From: Candidatus Latescibacterota bacterium
GTDB taxonomy: Bacteria; Latescibacterota; UBA2968
Direction: 5' to 3'
Assembly (NCBI GenBank): GCA_965198115.1
Contig: OZ240241.1
Span: 2,176,001 to 2,240,000 of the forward strand
Length of the DNA stretch: 64,000 bases
Shown piece by piece: positions 23,136 through 33,356 of this stretch. The notes beneath the pieces are model-generated. The model did not search any database. It saw nothing but the letters and a program-made list of their open reading frames with translations, and was not told the origin of the DNA. Every line of letters begins with the position of its first letter. The first letter of the stretch is position 1. The position numbers were made by a program, and so were the translations under genes.

Positions 23136-23172
23136 AAAGAAGCCCGGCACCTACACCGGGCTTTCGTTTTTT
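23136..23172. terminator. Intrinsic terminator-like hairpin
   Basis: aagcccgg...ccgggctt flanked by A and T tracts. Confidence 0.65.
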
Positions 23173-23268
23173 CGGTATCTCCGCCTCGAATGACCCCGGG
23201 CGCGATGTGATCGTCACCTTGCCCGCTGTGCCATGAGGCAGTCCCGTCCGCGGTCGGTTTCGGCCTCG

Positions 23269-24501
23269 CTACGACATCGCCTCCGCGACCTTGTTGATCG
23301 CGGCACCCACATCCCGGATGTCATCCTCTGCCATGTGTTCGTGGATGCCTCGCACAACGACGGTCTCCAGTCCCTTGACCGCTTCGGGGACCAGCTCCGG
23401 CCCGTAGGTGTAGTCCCGGCTCGTTACGCCGCACGTGAAAGGACAGCCGCTCGTTCCGTAGGTATGCTTTTCCGTCAGGAAGGAGCCGCGCATGTAGATC
23501 GGGTCGTTGATGTAGTGGGCGCGCATCGCCACACCCTCGGCCGTGGCTGCCTCGCAGAACTCGTCCGGATCGTGTCCGGTCACGTGGAAGATGAAATTCC
23601 ACCACGACGTCTCGCGATCGTCTTGCACCTTCACCGTCGTGATTCCCGGCGCATCCTCGATCAGATCGTTCAGCAGGGCGCCCAGCTCGATACGTCTCTC
23701 AACCGTGCCCCGCACTTTCTCCAGCTGAGCGATCCCGACGGCCCCCTGCAGTTCCGTCATCCTGTAATTCGGCGCGAGGAAGGCGTGGTCCCGATCGCCC
23801 ATGTATTTGTAGTCCCAACCTTTGTCCGCGAAGAGCATCAGCCGTCGGTGGGTATCCTTGTCGTCCGTGATCGTCACGCCACCGTCGCCGGTCGTCATAT
23901 GTTTCGACCCCTGCAGACTGAAGCAGGCCATATGTCCGTAAGCCCCGGCGAATCGATCTTTGTACTTCGTCGCGTGGCATTGGGCGCAGTCCTCGATCAG
24001 CACCAGGTCGTGCCTCTCCGCGATTTTCACAACCTCGTCGATATTGCAGGGGCGCCCGAACAAATGCACCAGAATGATGGCCCGTGTCCGATCGCTGATA
24101 TTCGCCTCGATCGATTCCGGCGTCATGTTCAGCGTCAGCGGATCGACATCCGCGAACACGGGCACCGCCTGCTGCATCAGGATCGGCATGACACTACCCG
24201 GATCCGTGATCGGCGCAGTGATGATCTCGTCCCCCGGATTCGGATTGACCGCTCCGATCGCAATGTGGATGGCCGACGTACCGCTCGTCGAGCACTGCCC
24301 ATACTTCGCCCCATAGAAGTCGGCAAAGGACTGCTCGAACCGCTTCACGAACGTACCGCTCTTTCCAAACAGATTCTGACTCCTCACCGCTTCGAGCAAC
24401 AGCGTCTCCTCTGTCGTATCGAACGGGGCGCGGTTCGGAAACGGCGTCGTTCGAACCTGTTCACCGCCGTTGATGGCAAGAGCTTCGGTCGTTGTCGTCA
24501 T
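23269..24501 (-). CDS. DegT/DnrJ/EryC1/StrS aminotransferase
   Basis: SGTSAIH, LIEDCAQ, FSLQGSKHMTTGDGG, NYRMTELQ. Confidence 0.92.
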   Translation of the reverse strand: MTTTTEALAINGGEQVRTTPFPNRAPFDTTEETLLLEAVRSQNLFGKSGTFVKRFEQSFADFYGAKYGQCSTSGTSAIHIAIGAVNPNPGDEIITAPITDPGSVMPILMQQAVPVFADVDPLTLNMTPESIEANISDRTRAIILVHLFGRPCNIDEVVKIAERHDLVLIEDCAQCHATKYKDRFAGAYGHMACFSLQGSKHMTTGDGGVTITDDKDTHRRLMLFADKGWDYKYMGDRDHAFLAPNYRMTELQGAVGIAQLEKVRGTVERRIELGALLNDLIEDAPGITTVKVQDDRETSWWNFIFHVTGHDPDEFCEAATAEGVAMRAHYINDPIYMRGSFLTEKHTYGTSGCPFTCGVTSRDYTYGPELVPEAVKGLETVVVRGIHEHMAEDDIRDVGAAINKVAEAMS

Positions 24502-24592
24502 AGAATCCTCGATGCGAAACGTTGATACATCACTCAAACAGGAGAGTCGTCGCGAAATAATGTGGGGACGCTTCGCGAAACGTCCCTACGCG

Positions 24593-25180
24593 TTATACAA
24601 TCTGCAAAATCATCTCGTAACGATCTCGACCCTTCGGAAACGGCATCATCATCACCAGCCGCGCCTCGGCGATCGCTCCTTCGCGATCAGAACTCGGCCA
24701 GACAGGCCATTCGATGCGTGCACCACCCGGCAACAGCAGTCGCCAGACACCGTGCTCGACCGCGCCGGCCTGTCCCGGAACGGACCACGCAAACGGCTGC
24801 TCCCCGAGCAGAATCGCATCGCCGGTCGAGAGCTTCACCACCTCACCGGTACGCGGAACCAGCGGCAGGCATCCCGTCAGCTGGTCGGCCTTCCCATCGA
24901 CTCCGTAGACGATACCCAACTCGGCCTCGCCCCGGTCGATTAGCCTGACCGTCCCGACATCATCTCCATAAGTCAGACGAACCCCGTAGCCGTCTTCCTC
25001 TTCCAGCAGCTCGGTCTTATCCGCCTCGTCGACGCTCGGCACTGCAGCCGCGAAGGACCCATCCCCAACCGCAAACGGGCCCCCTCCAATGACGAGCCCC
25101 GCCCTATCGTGACGAACGCTGAGGCCCTGTTCGTCAACATCGAAGACCCAGGCGCTCCTCACTACCGCTTCGCCTGCCAC
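24593..25180 (-). CDS. Hypothetical protein
   Basis: Co-oriented ORF with coding-like composition; no motif recognised. Confidence 0.5.
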   Translation of the reverse strand: MAGEAVVRSAWVFDVDEQGLSVRHDRAGLVIGGGPFAVGDGSFAAAVPSVDEADKTELLEEEDGYGVRLTYGDDVGTVRLIDRGEAELGIVYGVDGKADQLTGCLPLVPRTGEVVKLSTGDAILLGEQPFAWSVPGQAGAVEHGVWRLLLPGGARIEWPVWPSSDREGAIAEARLVMMMPFPKGRDRYEMILQIV

Positions 25181-25289
25181 GAGGTTCGATGCTGGGTCTT
25201 CAATTCTCGATTCTCGATCTCCGATACTCGACCAGCATGGCCATTAGAAGGGGGCATCGCCAACGGCGTTACGTTGACACGCGTCACCT

Positions 25290-26462
25290 TCAAACGGACA
25301 GTCCTTCGATCTCGCCTCGCTCGAGAAAGTCCAGGTCGAGAGTCACTTCGACACGCTTTCGGTTTTCACCCACGAGCGCGACGCGACCGTCCTTCGCCCG
25401 ACGGATATTCCTGACGCGATCGAACCCCTGGGGTACTTTCGCAACACCCAAGATGAGGGTCACGTCCGTCGGTCGACGAGGTGAGAGGCGATCGATGGTT
25501 TTGACGCCACGCCTCGTAAAGTCGTTTGCTCGCAGCGAATTGGCGATCCCGTCTCCCCAGAACGTCGTGCCTTCCTCGATCCCCATCACGTTGATGTGTC
25601 GTCCGTTCCACGGTGCGGCGTATCGTCCTCCGTTCGTGATCCACAGAACCGTGCTCGCCAGAACACGCGGATTCTTGATGTTGAAGTAGACATAGCCCTC
25701 GCGCGCGAACGTCACGGCCGACCACGCAAAAGGAAGCGAGGGATCCGAACAGAGCATGGCCAGGTCTTCATATCCTCTTCGAGCCGGGTAGGACGTCAGA
25801 TCGGCCGTGGTCCCGTCGGTGAGTGGAACCCTCCTGAGACTATCGATCACCTGATTCGGCTTCAGAATCGAATAGGTGCCGACCTCCGGGCTCTCCACCG
25901 GCTCGTAGAACGTCGCGGCGTGGATATGACGACTGAACGAGAGCCGCCCGCTCCCCGGCCGGTCCGGAAACTGAACACACGGATGATGCGCGAACGTCAT
26001 CGGTCCAGACATCCCCGACAGACGATGGCGGCTGTAAACCGCGTTGTGGCCGTTCATCAACGTCAGCGACTTGGTAACTGTCCCCGACTGGACACGAAGC
26101 CTCATCTCCAGGTGAAGAGACACCCCCGACTTCGTTCGTGACTGTCCGAGCAAACGCCACCTCCGGTTGGCCGTTTCACCGTGCGCCGGATAGGTCTTTC
26201 CTCGGTAAACCGTATCTCCTCCGCTGAACGGCATACAAAAAAAATCGCCCCGCAGCCCCTGAAGGAGCGGTTCAACGCCCGGAGGCAGCTTCTCGGTCGA
26301 CCACGGCGCGATGGCATAGGGCTGAACGGGCTTTGCCGTGTCCCGGTGGAAGGTGACCGGCGCCATCATCCCACCCAACCGAGCAACAGACATAGCCACG
26401 GTATCGGACCGCACGGTCCAACTCGGCTGCCCACGCACGACACGCAGTGCTGGTTTTGTCAT
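25290..26462 (-). CDS. Hypothetical protein, possibly galactose mutarotase-like fold
   Basis: LRGDFFCMPF, HGETAN, HHPC, LWITNGGR...PWNGRH. Confidence 0.6.
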   Translation of the reverse strand: MTKPALRVVRGQPSWTVRSDTVAMSVARLGGMMAPVTFHRDTAKPVQPYAIAPWSTEKLPPGVEPLLQGLRGDFFCMPFSGGDTVYRGKTYPAHGETANRRWRLLGQSRTKSGVSLHLEMRLRVQSGTVTKSLTLMNGHNAVYSRHRLSGMSGPMTFAHHPCVQFPDRPGSGRLSFSRHIHAATFYEPVESPEVGTYSILKPNQVIDSLRRVPLTDGTTADLTSYPARRGYEDLAMLCSDPSLPFAWSAVTFAREGYVYFNIKNPRVLASTVLWITNGGRYAAPWNGRHINVMGIEEGTTFWGDGIANSLRANDFTRRGVKTIDRLSPRRPTDVTLILGVAKVPQGFDRVRNIRRAKDGRVALVGENRKRVEVTLDLDFLERGEIEGLSV

Positions 26463-26526
26463 AGGGAAGCATCCTGGTAAGGAGTCATTGCCAAATGCTC
26501 AATATTTCGATTCTCGATGTTCGATA

Positions 26527-27510
26527 TCAACAGATCATCCCGCGCTTCGCCCGAATCCCGTGGGCGGGCGGATCATCGCCGATCCAGCGATCGTCCACCG
26601 GGTCTGACGCCAACTGATACCTGGAATCGGAAGAAATCCGCAACCGGTCTGTGTGATTGTCGGAACTCGCGTGCATCGTGTACATGCTGAAAATGAGCAA
26701 GTCACCCATTCGATAATCGTTCGTCAGCCAACGCCCCCCCAACTCCTCACGCGCCGCAATCGCGTCTTTCGAGTAAGAACCCGTCGAGTTCCATCGAATA
26801 GCCTTCTGCTCTTCAGCCGTCAGGGGCCGCTCCTCGGCACGTGCGGCTTCGACCACAGCCTCCGCATCCCCCTCGTTGCTGCAGTAGAGATCGACGTCTG
26901 TCGATCCGTAGCCCGCTTTCAGCTCGGCGTTCAGATGTGATCCTTCGAGCACCATCAGTCCACCCATCTGCAGCGGCACATCCCCATAGGGCACCCACGC
27001 CGAAAACAGCTCCTTCGTGCCCCGTCCCATATAGACGATGTCTAGATGGGGATTCGTCGCGTGCGTCGTCCCCGGTCGCTTACATCGAAACCACGTGTAG
27101 TCGTAGTGGCGAACGGGGCCGCCAAGAAATCGCGTGAAGAAATCAATCAACGGACCTTCGTGAATCACCTGATCGAGCTGTGGGTTGTCATTCGCCATCC
27201 GGGGCATGAACGGTCCCGTTGCGGCTGGATTGATCTCCTTCTCCGACGCAACGCCTTCACTCACGGGGTGGGCCGGATCGAGCGCTCCGATCTCGTTCAG
27301 CCGGTTCATCACCTCGAGACGCGCGGCATTCACTTCATCCACGTTCAACAATCCGGGCAGAAAAAGATAGCCATCCTCATCCATCCTGCGTCGCAGGGCC
27401 TCCGTATCGTGCAAGACCTCATCAGACCGACGCAGCTGAGCGAAGTCGTCGAGCGACGAACCCAACGGGTTGCCGTGGTAAGTCAGGTCGAGGTAGCGGT
27501 CGTCCATCAT
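26527..27510 (-). CDS. Phytanoyl-CoA dioxygenase (PhyH) family
   Basis: HLD...AWVPYGD, GGLMVLEGSH, MHAS..N..RLRISSDSRYQ. Confidence 0.88.
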   Translation of the reverse strand: MMDDRYLDLTYHGNPLGSSLDDFAQLRRSDEVLHDTEALRRRMDEDGYLFLPGLLNVDEVNAARLEVMNRLNEIGALDPAHPVSEGVASEKEINPAATGPFMPRMANDNPQLDQVIHEGPLIDFFTRFLGGPVRHYDYTWFRCKRPGTTHATNPHLDIVYMGRGTKELFSAWVPYGDVPLQMGGLMVLEGSHLNAELKAGYGSTDVDLYCSNEGDAEAVVEAARAEERPLTAEEQKAIRWNSTGSYSKDAIAAREELGGRWLTNDYRMGDLLIFSMYTMHASSDNHTDRLRISSDSRYQLASDPVDDRWIGDDPPAHGIRAKRGMIC

Positions 27511-27520
27511 TCACTCCATA

Positions 27521-27549
27521 TTCACGGGTTTATCGGGCGATGGTATACT
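27521..27549 (+). promoter_or_regulatory. Putative sigma70 promoter for VOC genes
   Basis: TTCACG-N17-TATACT with extended TG. Confidence 0.45.
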
Positions 27550-27605
27550 AGCCCATTTTGACCCGGATGGCAAAACAGCGTTGATCAACCTGCTGGGAGA
27601 GCACG

Positions 27606-27984
27606 ATGACAGTTTCTGAGCTGACCCCGTTGCTGCAAGTCTTCGATATGCGAGCCTCCGTCGCCTTCTACCGCGACACGCTCGGTTTTGAGGTGTCAGG
27701 CACCTACGAACCCGACGGTCATCTCTACTGGGCAGAGCTCAAGCTGGGAGCTGCCACCTTGATGCTGAATGCCTCCTTCGAGGATGACGAGCGGCCCGCA
27801 GAACCTGACGCAGCACGCGCCGAAGGACACCACGACACCGAACTGTATCTCCGATGCGAAGATGTAGGCGCAATCCATGCCGACTTGCAGAAGCGAGGCG
27901 TCGCCGTGACCCCGCCACAGGAATCACACGGCCGGCGGGAGATTCGAATCAGCGACCCGGACGGCTTCGTGCTCTCTTTTTTCC
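27606..27984 (+). pseudogene. VOC/glyoxalase family protein, last codons separated by ISL3
   Basis: SVAFYRDTLGF, DPDGFVLSF; original end QGGNNDD* lies after the IS. Confidence 0.8.
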
Positions 27985-29327
27985 GGCTATATCCGGATCT
28001 CTCAACGAGATGAAGTGGGTGAAGGTGCCGTGGTTCCTGGCATGGGGGCGCGGTTAGCGTGTGCGGAACCTCTTCGGAATCTGCTCAGGGATGTTTAGGT
28101 CTCCGACGGTAAGGAAGATCATATCGTTGAATGCGTCGAGTGTGCGGAATCCGCTGGCTCGGTTCTTGACGATTTGGACGATTCGGTTGAGGCCTTCGGC
28201 GATGGCGTTGGTAAGACGCGTGTTCACGAATGCGAGGACGCCGAAGAAGTGCTGTCGCAGGGTCCTGACGAACTTTCGCAGGGGTTCAAGTCGACTTCTG
28301 AGTGCGGACGTCGTCCAGCATTTCAGGAAGCGTTCGGCAGCCCAGGGCGCTTTGTATTCCCAGAACTGCTCGAACTCGTCCTTGAGTCTCCAGGCTCTAT
28401 AGATTCGGTAGTTCGCCTTCTCCAGTGCTTTGAGTGTCCGAGTATCCCCTCTGGAGCGTGTCGCTGAGTGCCGGTAGAGGAGCCATCGGAGGCCCTTCAT
28501 GGCTTTGCGCTCATCCGGGGCAGCTTCACGCCACTGGTCCTTACGGACCTCGTCAACGGCGGCATTGAGAGCCTTGACGATGTGAAAGCGATCGAGGACC
28601 AGCTTGGCATTCGGACAGTGTTCCTGGATGGCTCCGATGTAAGCTTCGCTCATGTCGCAGCAGGCCCACTCGATCTTGGATCTCCGGTAGGGACTGAGAG
28701 CCTCTGTGAAGAACCGATCGATCGTTTTACGCGCCCTGCCGCGGCCAACCCACACCACGCAGGAGCGGTCCAGATCGTAAACGAGCGTGGCGTACCTGTG
28801 ACGCTTGGCGTAGGAGATCCGACAGCGTCGAGGCAGAGATGCGCAGTAACTCGGACGCCGCCTTCTGCGTCATGGTCTGGCAGTAGCGCAGCATGGCATA
28901 CTCGAAGCGATACGTCACCCGAGAGAACCGCTCCGCCCACGGAATCTCCTCGACCACACGACCGTGGGTAGGACACCGAATCTCCCAAGGATGGTAGAGA
29001 AGCCAGACCCTCCACCCGCACACCGGAATGTCACGCCACCGACGCGGATGGGGCATTGTGCGGACGATTTTACCTCGACGGCCGCACTCCGGACAACAAC
29101 AACCATTCTTATGGGGCTTTACGGCGATGACGAAGCAGCTTCTCCCCTCAAACCACCAGCTGACAACACGGAACCCCTTGAATCTCAGCAGTTTCGATAG
29201 TAATCTGCTCCCGGTCATAGGTCGCACCCCCTTCGCTTTGATTGTCCTACACACACAACCAAGCGTAGGGAACGATCTATGACCTTGTCATTCTATAGTT
29301 TCACCGTTGAGAAACCCGGATAGAGCC
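27985..29327 (-). mobile_element. ISL3 copy 3 with 77-bp internal deletion
   Basis: Both IRs present; deletion between two aggagatc repeats; flanks ttttttcc / atatttcc. Confidence 0.93.
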
Positions 29328-29350
29328 ATATTTCCAGGGAGGAAACAACG

Positions 29351-29761
29351 ATGACTGACGCGGCCCCTGCGAACCTATCCGCAGACAAGGTGGTGCCGAT
29401 CCTCGGCGTCGATGACATCTCCCGCACTGTCGAGTTCTACGTCGATGGGTTGGGCTTCACCAAGAAGAACGAGTGGATCAAGAACGGACGTCTGAGATGG
29501 TGTTATCTCGAGTACCCTGGTGGCGCTGCAGTGATGGCGCAGGAAGGCCAGCCGGACGATTCGACATCTCGTAAAGGGGTCGGGATCAAGCTCTACTTCT
29601 GGTGCAACGACGCGATCGCTTTCCACAAAGACGTCACAGAGCGCGGCATCGAAGTCCACGAGCCTTTCGTCGGCAACGGGATGCACGTCGTCGATCTGCA
29701 GGATCCAGACGGATACGACCTGGCGTTCCAAAGCCCGGCAGGGAACGCCGAAATCAACTGA
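29351..29761 (+). CDS. VOC/glyoxalase-bleomycin resistance family protein
   Basis: VEFYVDGLGF, PFVGNGM, DPDGYDLAFQS. Confidence 0.85.
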   Translation: MTDAAPANLSADKVVPILGVDDISRTVEFYVDGLGFTKKNEWIKNGRLRWCYLEYPGGAAVMAQEGQPDDSTSRKGVGIKLYFWCNDAIAFHKDVTERGIEVHEPFVGNGMHVVDLQDPDGYDLAFQSPAGNAEIN

Positions 29762-29866
29762 GCAACTAGGTGTGGAAGACCCAGATGGATACGAGATCGA
29801 CTCCAGGAAGAAATTAGCAATCGCTAAAGGCGAAGCCTTCCTGAAGTGGACTGAACGGAGGAAAGG

Positions 29867-30615
29867 GTGCCGAAACGGAGAGATCAGCTGGACAAAGCCC
29901 TGGAAGTGTTCGCCCGCGCGTGGACCTTCACGCGCAGCTTCACACACCCCTACCTGGCGGAACGGGTCGAGGGAATGTGGGTGATACGAGATGGTCCCCG
30001 GAAGAACGGCAAATACCGATCGGAAGAATGGATTGCCAGCGGCATCGCACCGGAGCGCGTGGATCGGATCGTGCGGGCACGCACGCGCGGGCGGTTCTCC
30101 ATCTGCCGATCTGCCCCGAAGGCGAGTCTGATACGGGTCTACGCGAGGACTATCGGGCGCTCGATTACCGGCTCGGCACGACCGAACCAGTGATGGTGAC
30201 CGAGATCAAGCGTATTCCGCGTTTCAAGAATTCGGTTGAGATCAGGCGCGTGCGAACGCAGGAACTGGCGGATCAGCTGAACACCGCGGCACGGGCTCGT
30301 CAGATCTTGCCGGAGCACCTCGAGGATCACGCTCCGCTCCGCCAGTACGTTGCACTCCAGGGCAATAACCCGGTTGGGTGGGTCCGTAGTATCGTCGTAG
30401 ACGACGCCACCTGGTGCTCGGACATGTACGTGAAGAAGCCGTTCCGCCGTCGTGGCATCGGTCGCTCTCTGATGGAGACAATGCTTCGGGACGACCGAAA
30501 GTACGGCGCCTCTCTGGCCGTCCTGACTGCCAGTCACACAGGTGCGTTGCTCTATCCGCTCCTCGGCTACAGACAGATCGCGAACCTTCTGCTCTACACG
30601 CCACGAAAGCGCTGA
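29867..30615 (+). pseudogene. GNAT acetyltransferase, frameshift near 30108
   Basis: DMYVKKPFRRRGIGRSL, LYPLLGY; N-terminus in another frame. Confidence 0.75.
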
Positions 30616-30703
30616 TCCAGATCCAGAGATCCGATCTCTCACGATCGCATTTCAACCGACTACGTTCAGGGGGGTGGTTTACAGTCTGATTTTTGGCCTC
30701 CCG

Positions 30704-30760
30704 TTCGTGTTTTTTGTGTAATTCGTGGTTCGGGTTTGGTTTTTCCGTGTATTCCGTGTG
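30704..30760. repeat. Degenerate 9-10-mer intergenic repeats (ttcgtgttt / ttccgtgta)
   Basis: Read directly. Confidence 0.5.
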
Positions 30761-30999
30761 TGGAGCCTGCCCCGAACGAACGTGAGGGGTGGTCCAATCT
30801 GTTTCTGCATTTCCGTGTTCTATGAGCCTTTACCTCATCGACGCACCTTAGAGGTACCCTCCTTATTCGAGCGCACGGTATGCGTAGGGGATCCGGGTCC
30901 ATTTCCGGATGAGGGAGTGATTCGATTCGTCTGCCTGACAACTGACGACTGGTTCCGATGCGACGCCCACAGGGCGTCGTTTGCGGAACCCTGACAACT

Positions 31000-31420
31000 A
31001 TGTCCCTCACAATCCGCCTCGCCACCGAAGCCGACGTCCCCACCATCGGCGACATCTACAACCATTACATCGAGCATTCGACGTGCACCTTCCACCTCGA
31101 GCCGCAAAGCCACGAACATTATCTGGCCTGGTTTCACGATCGATCCGAGGCCCATCCCATCACCATCGGGGTCACGGACGACCTTGTCGTCGGGTGGGGC
31201 ACCCTAGCGCAAAGGTATTGGTAGCGCACTACTGGCCGACCTCATTGAGCGCGCACGTAACCTCGGGCACCGGACGATTCTCGGGGGTACGTGCACCGAG
31301 CACATCGGCAGTCTCGCTCTACAGGAAGCCTTTGGGTTCCAGCACGTTGGAACACTCAAGGAAGTAGGCTTCAAGTTCGACCGCTGGCTTGATGTCGCAT
31401 ACACGCAACTGCGGCTATAG
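31000..31420 (+). pseudogene. Phosphinothricin acetyltransferase-like GNAT with internal deletion and frameshift
   Basis: IYNHYIEHSTCTF jumps to RKGIGSALL...EVGFKFDRWLD; the central AY..T.E.SVY block is missing. Confidence 0.8.
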
Positions 31421-31422
31421 AC

Positions 31423-32196
31423 ATGTCCGGGTCCCACCGAACCGACTACGACAAAGTCGCAGCCGACTACGACGACGACCCGAAACGTCGGAAGGATGTC
31501 GATGCGTATCTTCGCTCGTTCGTCGAAGAGCGAGAACCAGCGTCAGCAGAATGGTCGGCCCTCGATGTCGGGTGTGGCACGGGCAACCAGCACCTCGCCA
31601 ATCGCCAGGCCTTCCCCCTTGCTAGGCTCGTCGGTCTGGATCCTTCCCCTGGGATGTTGCATCGCGCTCGATCCAAGACTACAGACGTCGATTGGGTTCG
31701 TGGAGACGGGTGCCGACTCCCCTTCGCAAACGAGTCGATCGACTATGTAAGCAACCAGTTCGCCTACCCGCACGTCTCGGACCGTGAGGCGCTCATCAGG
31801 GAGATCTTTCGCGTTTTGAAACCCAAAGGACGATTCGTACTCGTCAACATTGCTCCCTGGATGAGCCGGGGTTGGATCTACTATCGATTCTTCCCGGTGG
31901 CCTGGGTCCGTGACGAACAAGACTTTCTTCCCAACGATCGACTCGAAGAGCTGATGCACGAAGCGGGGTTTGCAAATGTGGAGACCACCGTGACCCCACG
32001 CATTTGGCAGGAGAACCTGCAGGACTTTTTCCGGGTCGCGCGCCAACGCACAGGCTCTCAGCTGACGACAATCTCCGACGAAGCTTACCAGGCAGGGTTG
32101 GAAGCGATCGAGAAAGTGATCGAGGAAGACGCTCGCCCCGACCGCACCGTGGACAGTGAGCTCACACTCGTCACCATCCTGGCTGACAAAGCCTGA
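31423..32196 (+). CDS. Class I SAM-dependent methyltransferase
   Basis: LDVGCGTG, GLDPSPGML, RVLKPKG. Confidence 0.9.
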   Translation: MSGSHRTDYDKVAADYDDDPKRRKDVDAYLRSFVEEREPASAEWSALDVGCGTGNQHLANRQAFPLARLVGLDPSPGMLHRARSKTTDVDWVRGDGCRLPFANESIDYVSNQFAYPHVSDREALIREIFRVLKPKGRFVLVNIAPWMSRGWIYYRFFPVAWVRDEQDFLPNDRLEELMHEAGFANVETTVTPRIWQENLQDFFRVARQRTGSQLTTISDEAYQAGLEAIEKVIEEDARPDRTVDSELTLVTILADKA

Positions 32197-32536
32197 CGAA
32201 CGTCAGTGTTCGAGCGCCCAACAATGAAAACGGGCCCTCACATCCAGTGTAGATGATCTGTTGTGCGTTCCTTTGGTGGACATTCAAGTAACATCTGTCG
32301 ACCCACGGGATGACGCCGAGGGAAAGGCGACAGGCGGCCCGATGTTCCTTCCACCTCCTATGGCGGCTAGTCCGCAATTGCAACATCCCGGGTGACTTTT
32401 CTGTCAAGAAACCAGATGCCGGCGGACGGTAAGGGGGCGGGGTGGAGCAAGTGGGCTACTGGATGTTCGGCCCTGCCATCGGATAAACTGCCGGCCGAGG
32501 CCACAGCCCCCGCGGCGCCTGAGCGGGACTTTTCTG

Positions 32537-32562
32537 CCACTCTTTTGGTCACAAAAGAGTGG
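32537..32562. repeat. REP-like perfect hairpin
   Basis: ccactcttttg-gtca-caaaagagtgg. Confidence 0.55.
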
Positions 32563-32613
32563 GATCCGAATAGGTGATGCACAGAGGGTTGGCGTAAAAC
32601 CACATCATCACAG

Positions 32614-32663
32614 AAAAGAAAGCCCCGACGCTATCGCACCGGAACGTGCGCGCATCGGGGCTT
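32614..32663 (-). terminator. Putative ssb terminator
   Basis: aagccccga...tcggggctt with U-rich tail on the minus strand. Confidence 0.55.
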
Positions 32664-32689
32664 GATCGTTGAGTCGAATCGGTCTACGA

Positions 32690-33229
32690 TCAGAACGGCA
32701 GGTCGTCGTCCGGATCGTTGAAAGGCGGTGGTTCGGGGGGACCGCCTTGGGGACCACCGGAAGCATTGCCCCCTTCCCCTTGCGGGGCACCCTGCGGCTC
32801 CTGCTGACCGCTAAATTGCTGGCCACTACCTTGAGGCGATGCCTGGGCAGCATAGCCGCCATCGCTGGCCGGTGGGCCACCCGAGTCGTCGCGTGAGTCG
32901 AGCATCTGCATTTCGTTCGCCACGATTTCGGTCGTGTAGCGACGCTGACCGTCCTGACCTTCCCAGGACCGTGTCTGTAGACGCCCTTCGATGTAAACCT
33001 TGCTCCCCTTGCGAAGATACTGATTGCAGATCTCGGCGAGCCGGCCCCACGCGACGATTCGATGCCACTCTGTTCGTTCCTGTCGTTCGCCGCTGTTCTT
33101 GTCGGTCCAGCTCTCGTTCGTTGCAATACTGAAGTTCGCCACACCCGCTCCACTCGGTGTGTAGCGCAACTCCGGATCGCCTCCGACGTTGCCGAGCAGA
33201 ATCACCTTGTTGACGCCTCTTCGTGCCAT
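32690..33229 (-). CDS. ssb: Single-stranded DNA-binding protein
   Basis: [37 protein letters not shown] tip. Confidence 0.98.
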   Translation of the reverse strand: MARRGVNKVILLGNVGGDPELRYTPSGAGVANFSIATNESWTDKNSGERQERTEWHRIVAWGRLAEICNQYLRKGSKVYIEGRLQTRSWEGQDGQRRYTTEIVANEMQMLDSRDDSGGPPASDGGYAAQASPQGSGQQFSGQQEPQGAPQGEGGNASGGPQGGPPEPPPFNDPDDDLPF

Positions 33230-33294
33230 TGATGGGCCTCCTGGATTGGGTACTTGAATAGCGGGAAATGGCACGTCCCGGTAGGTTCAATGTG

Positions 33295-33323
33295 AATATA
33301 GTCGGGGTCAAACATCGCGTCAA
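33295..33323 (-). promoter_or_regulatory. sigma70 promoter of ssb
   Basis: TTGACG-N17-TATATT. Confidence 0.65.
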
Positions 33324-33356
33324 GACGGCCCCTCAGCACGGCAGAGGTTCTCCAAT

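Noticed and set aside
23233-24525. Long antisense ORFs (also 20048-21508, 47158-48297, 50416-51567, 54726-55715)
   Set aside because: Shadow frames of high-GC genes with no motifs.
29351-32196. Integron array of VOC/GNAT/methyltransferase genes
   Set aside because: Gene types fit, but I found no attC-like R/L box structure between them.
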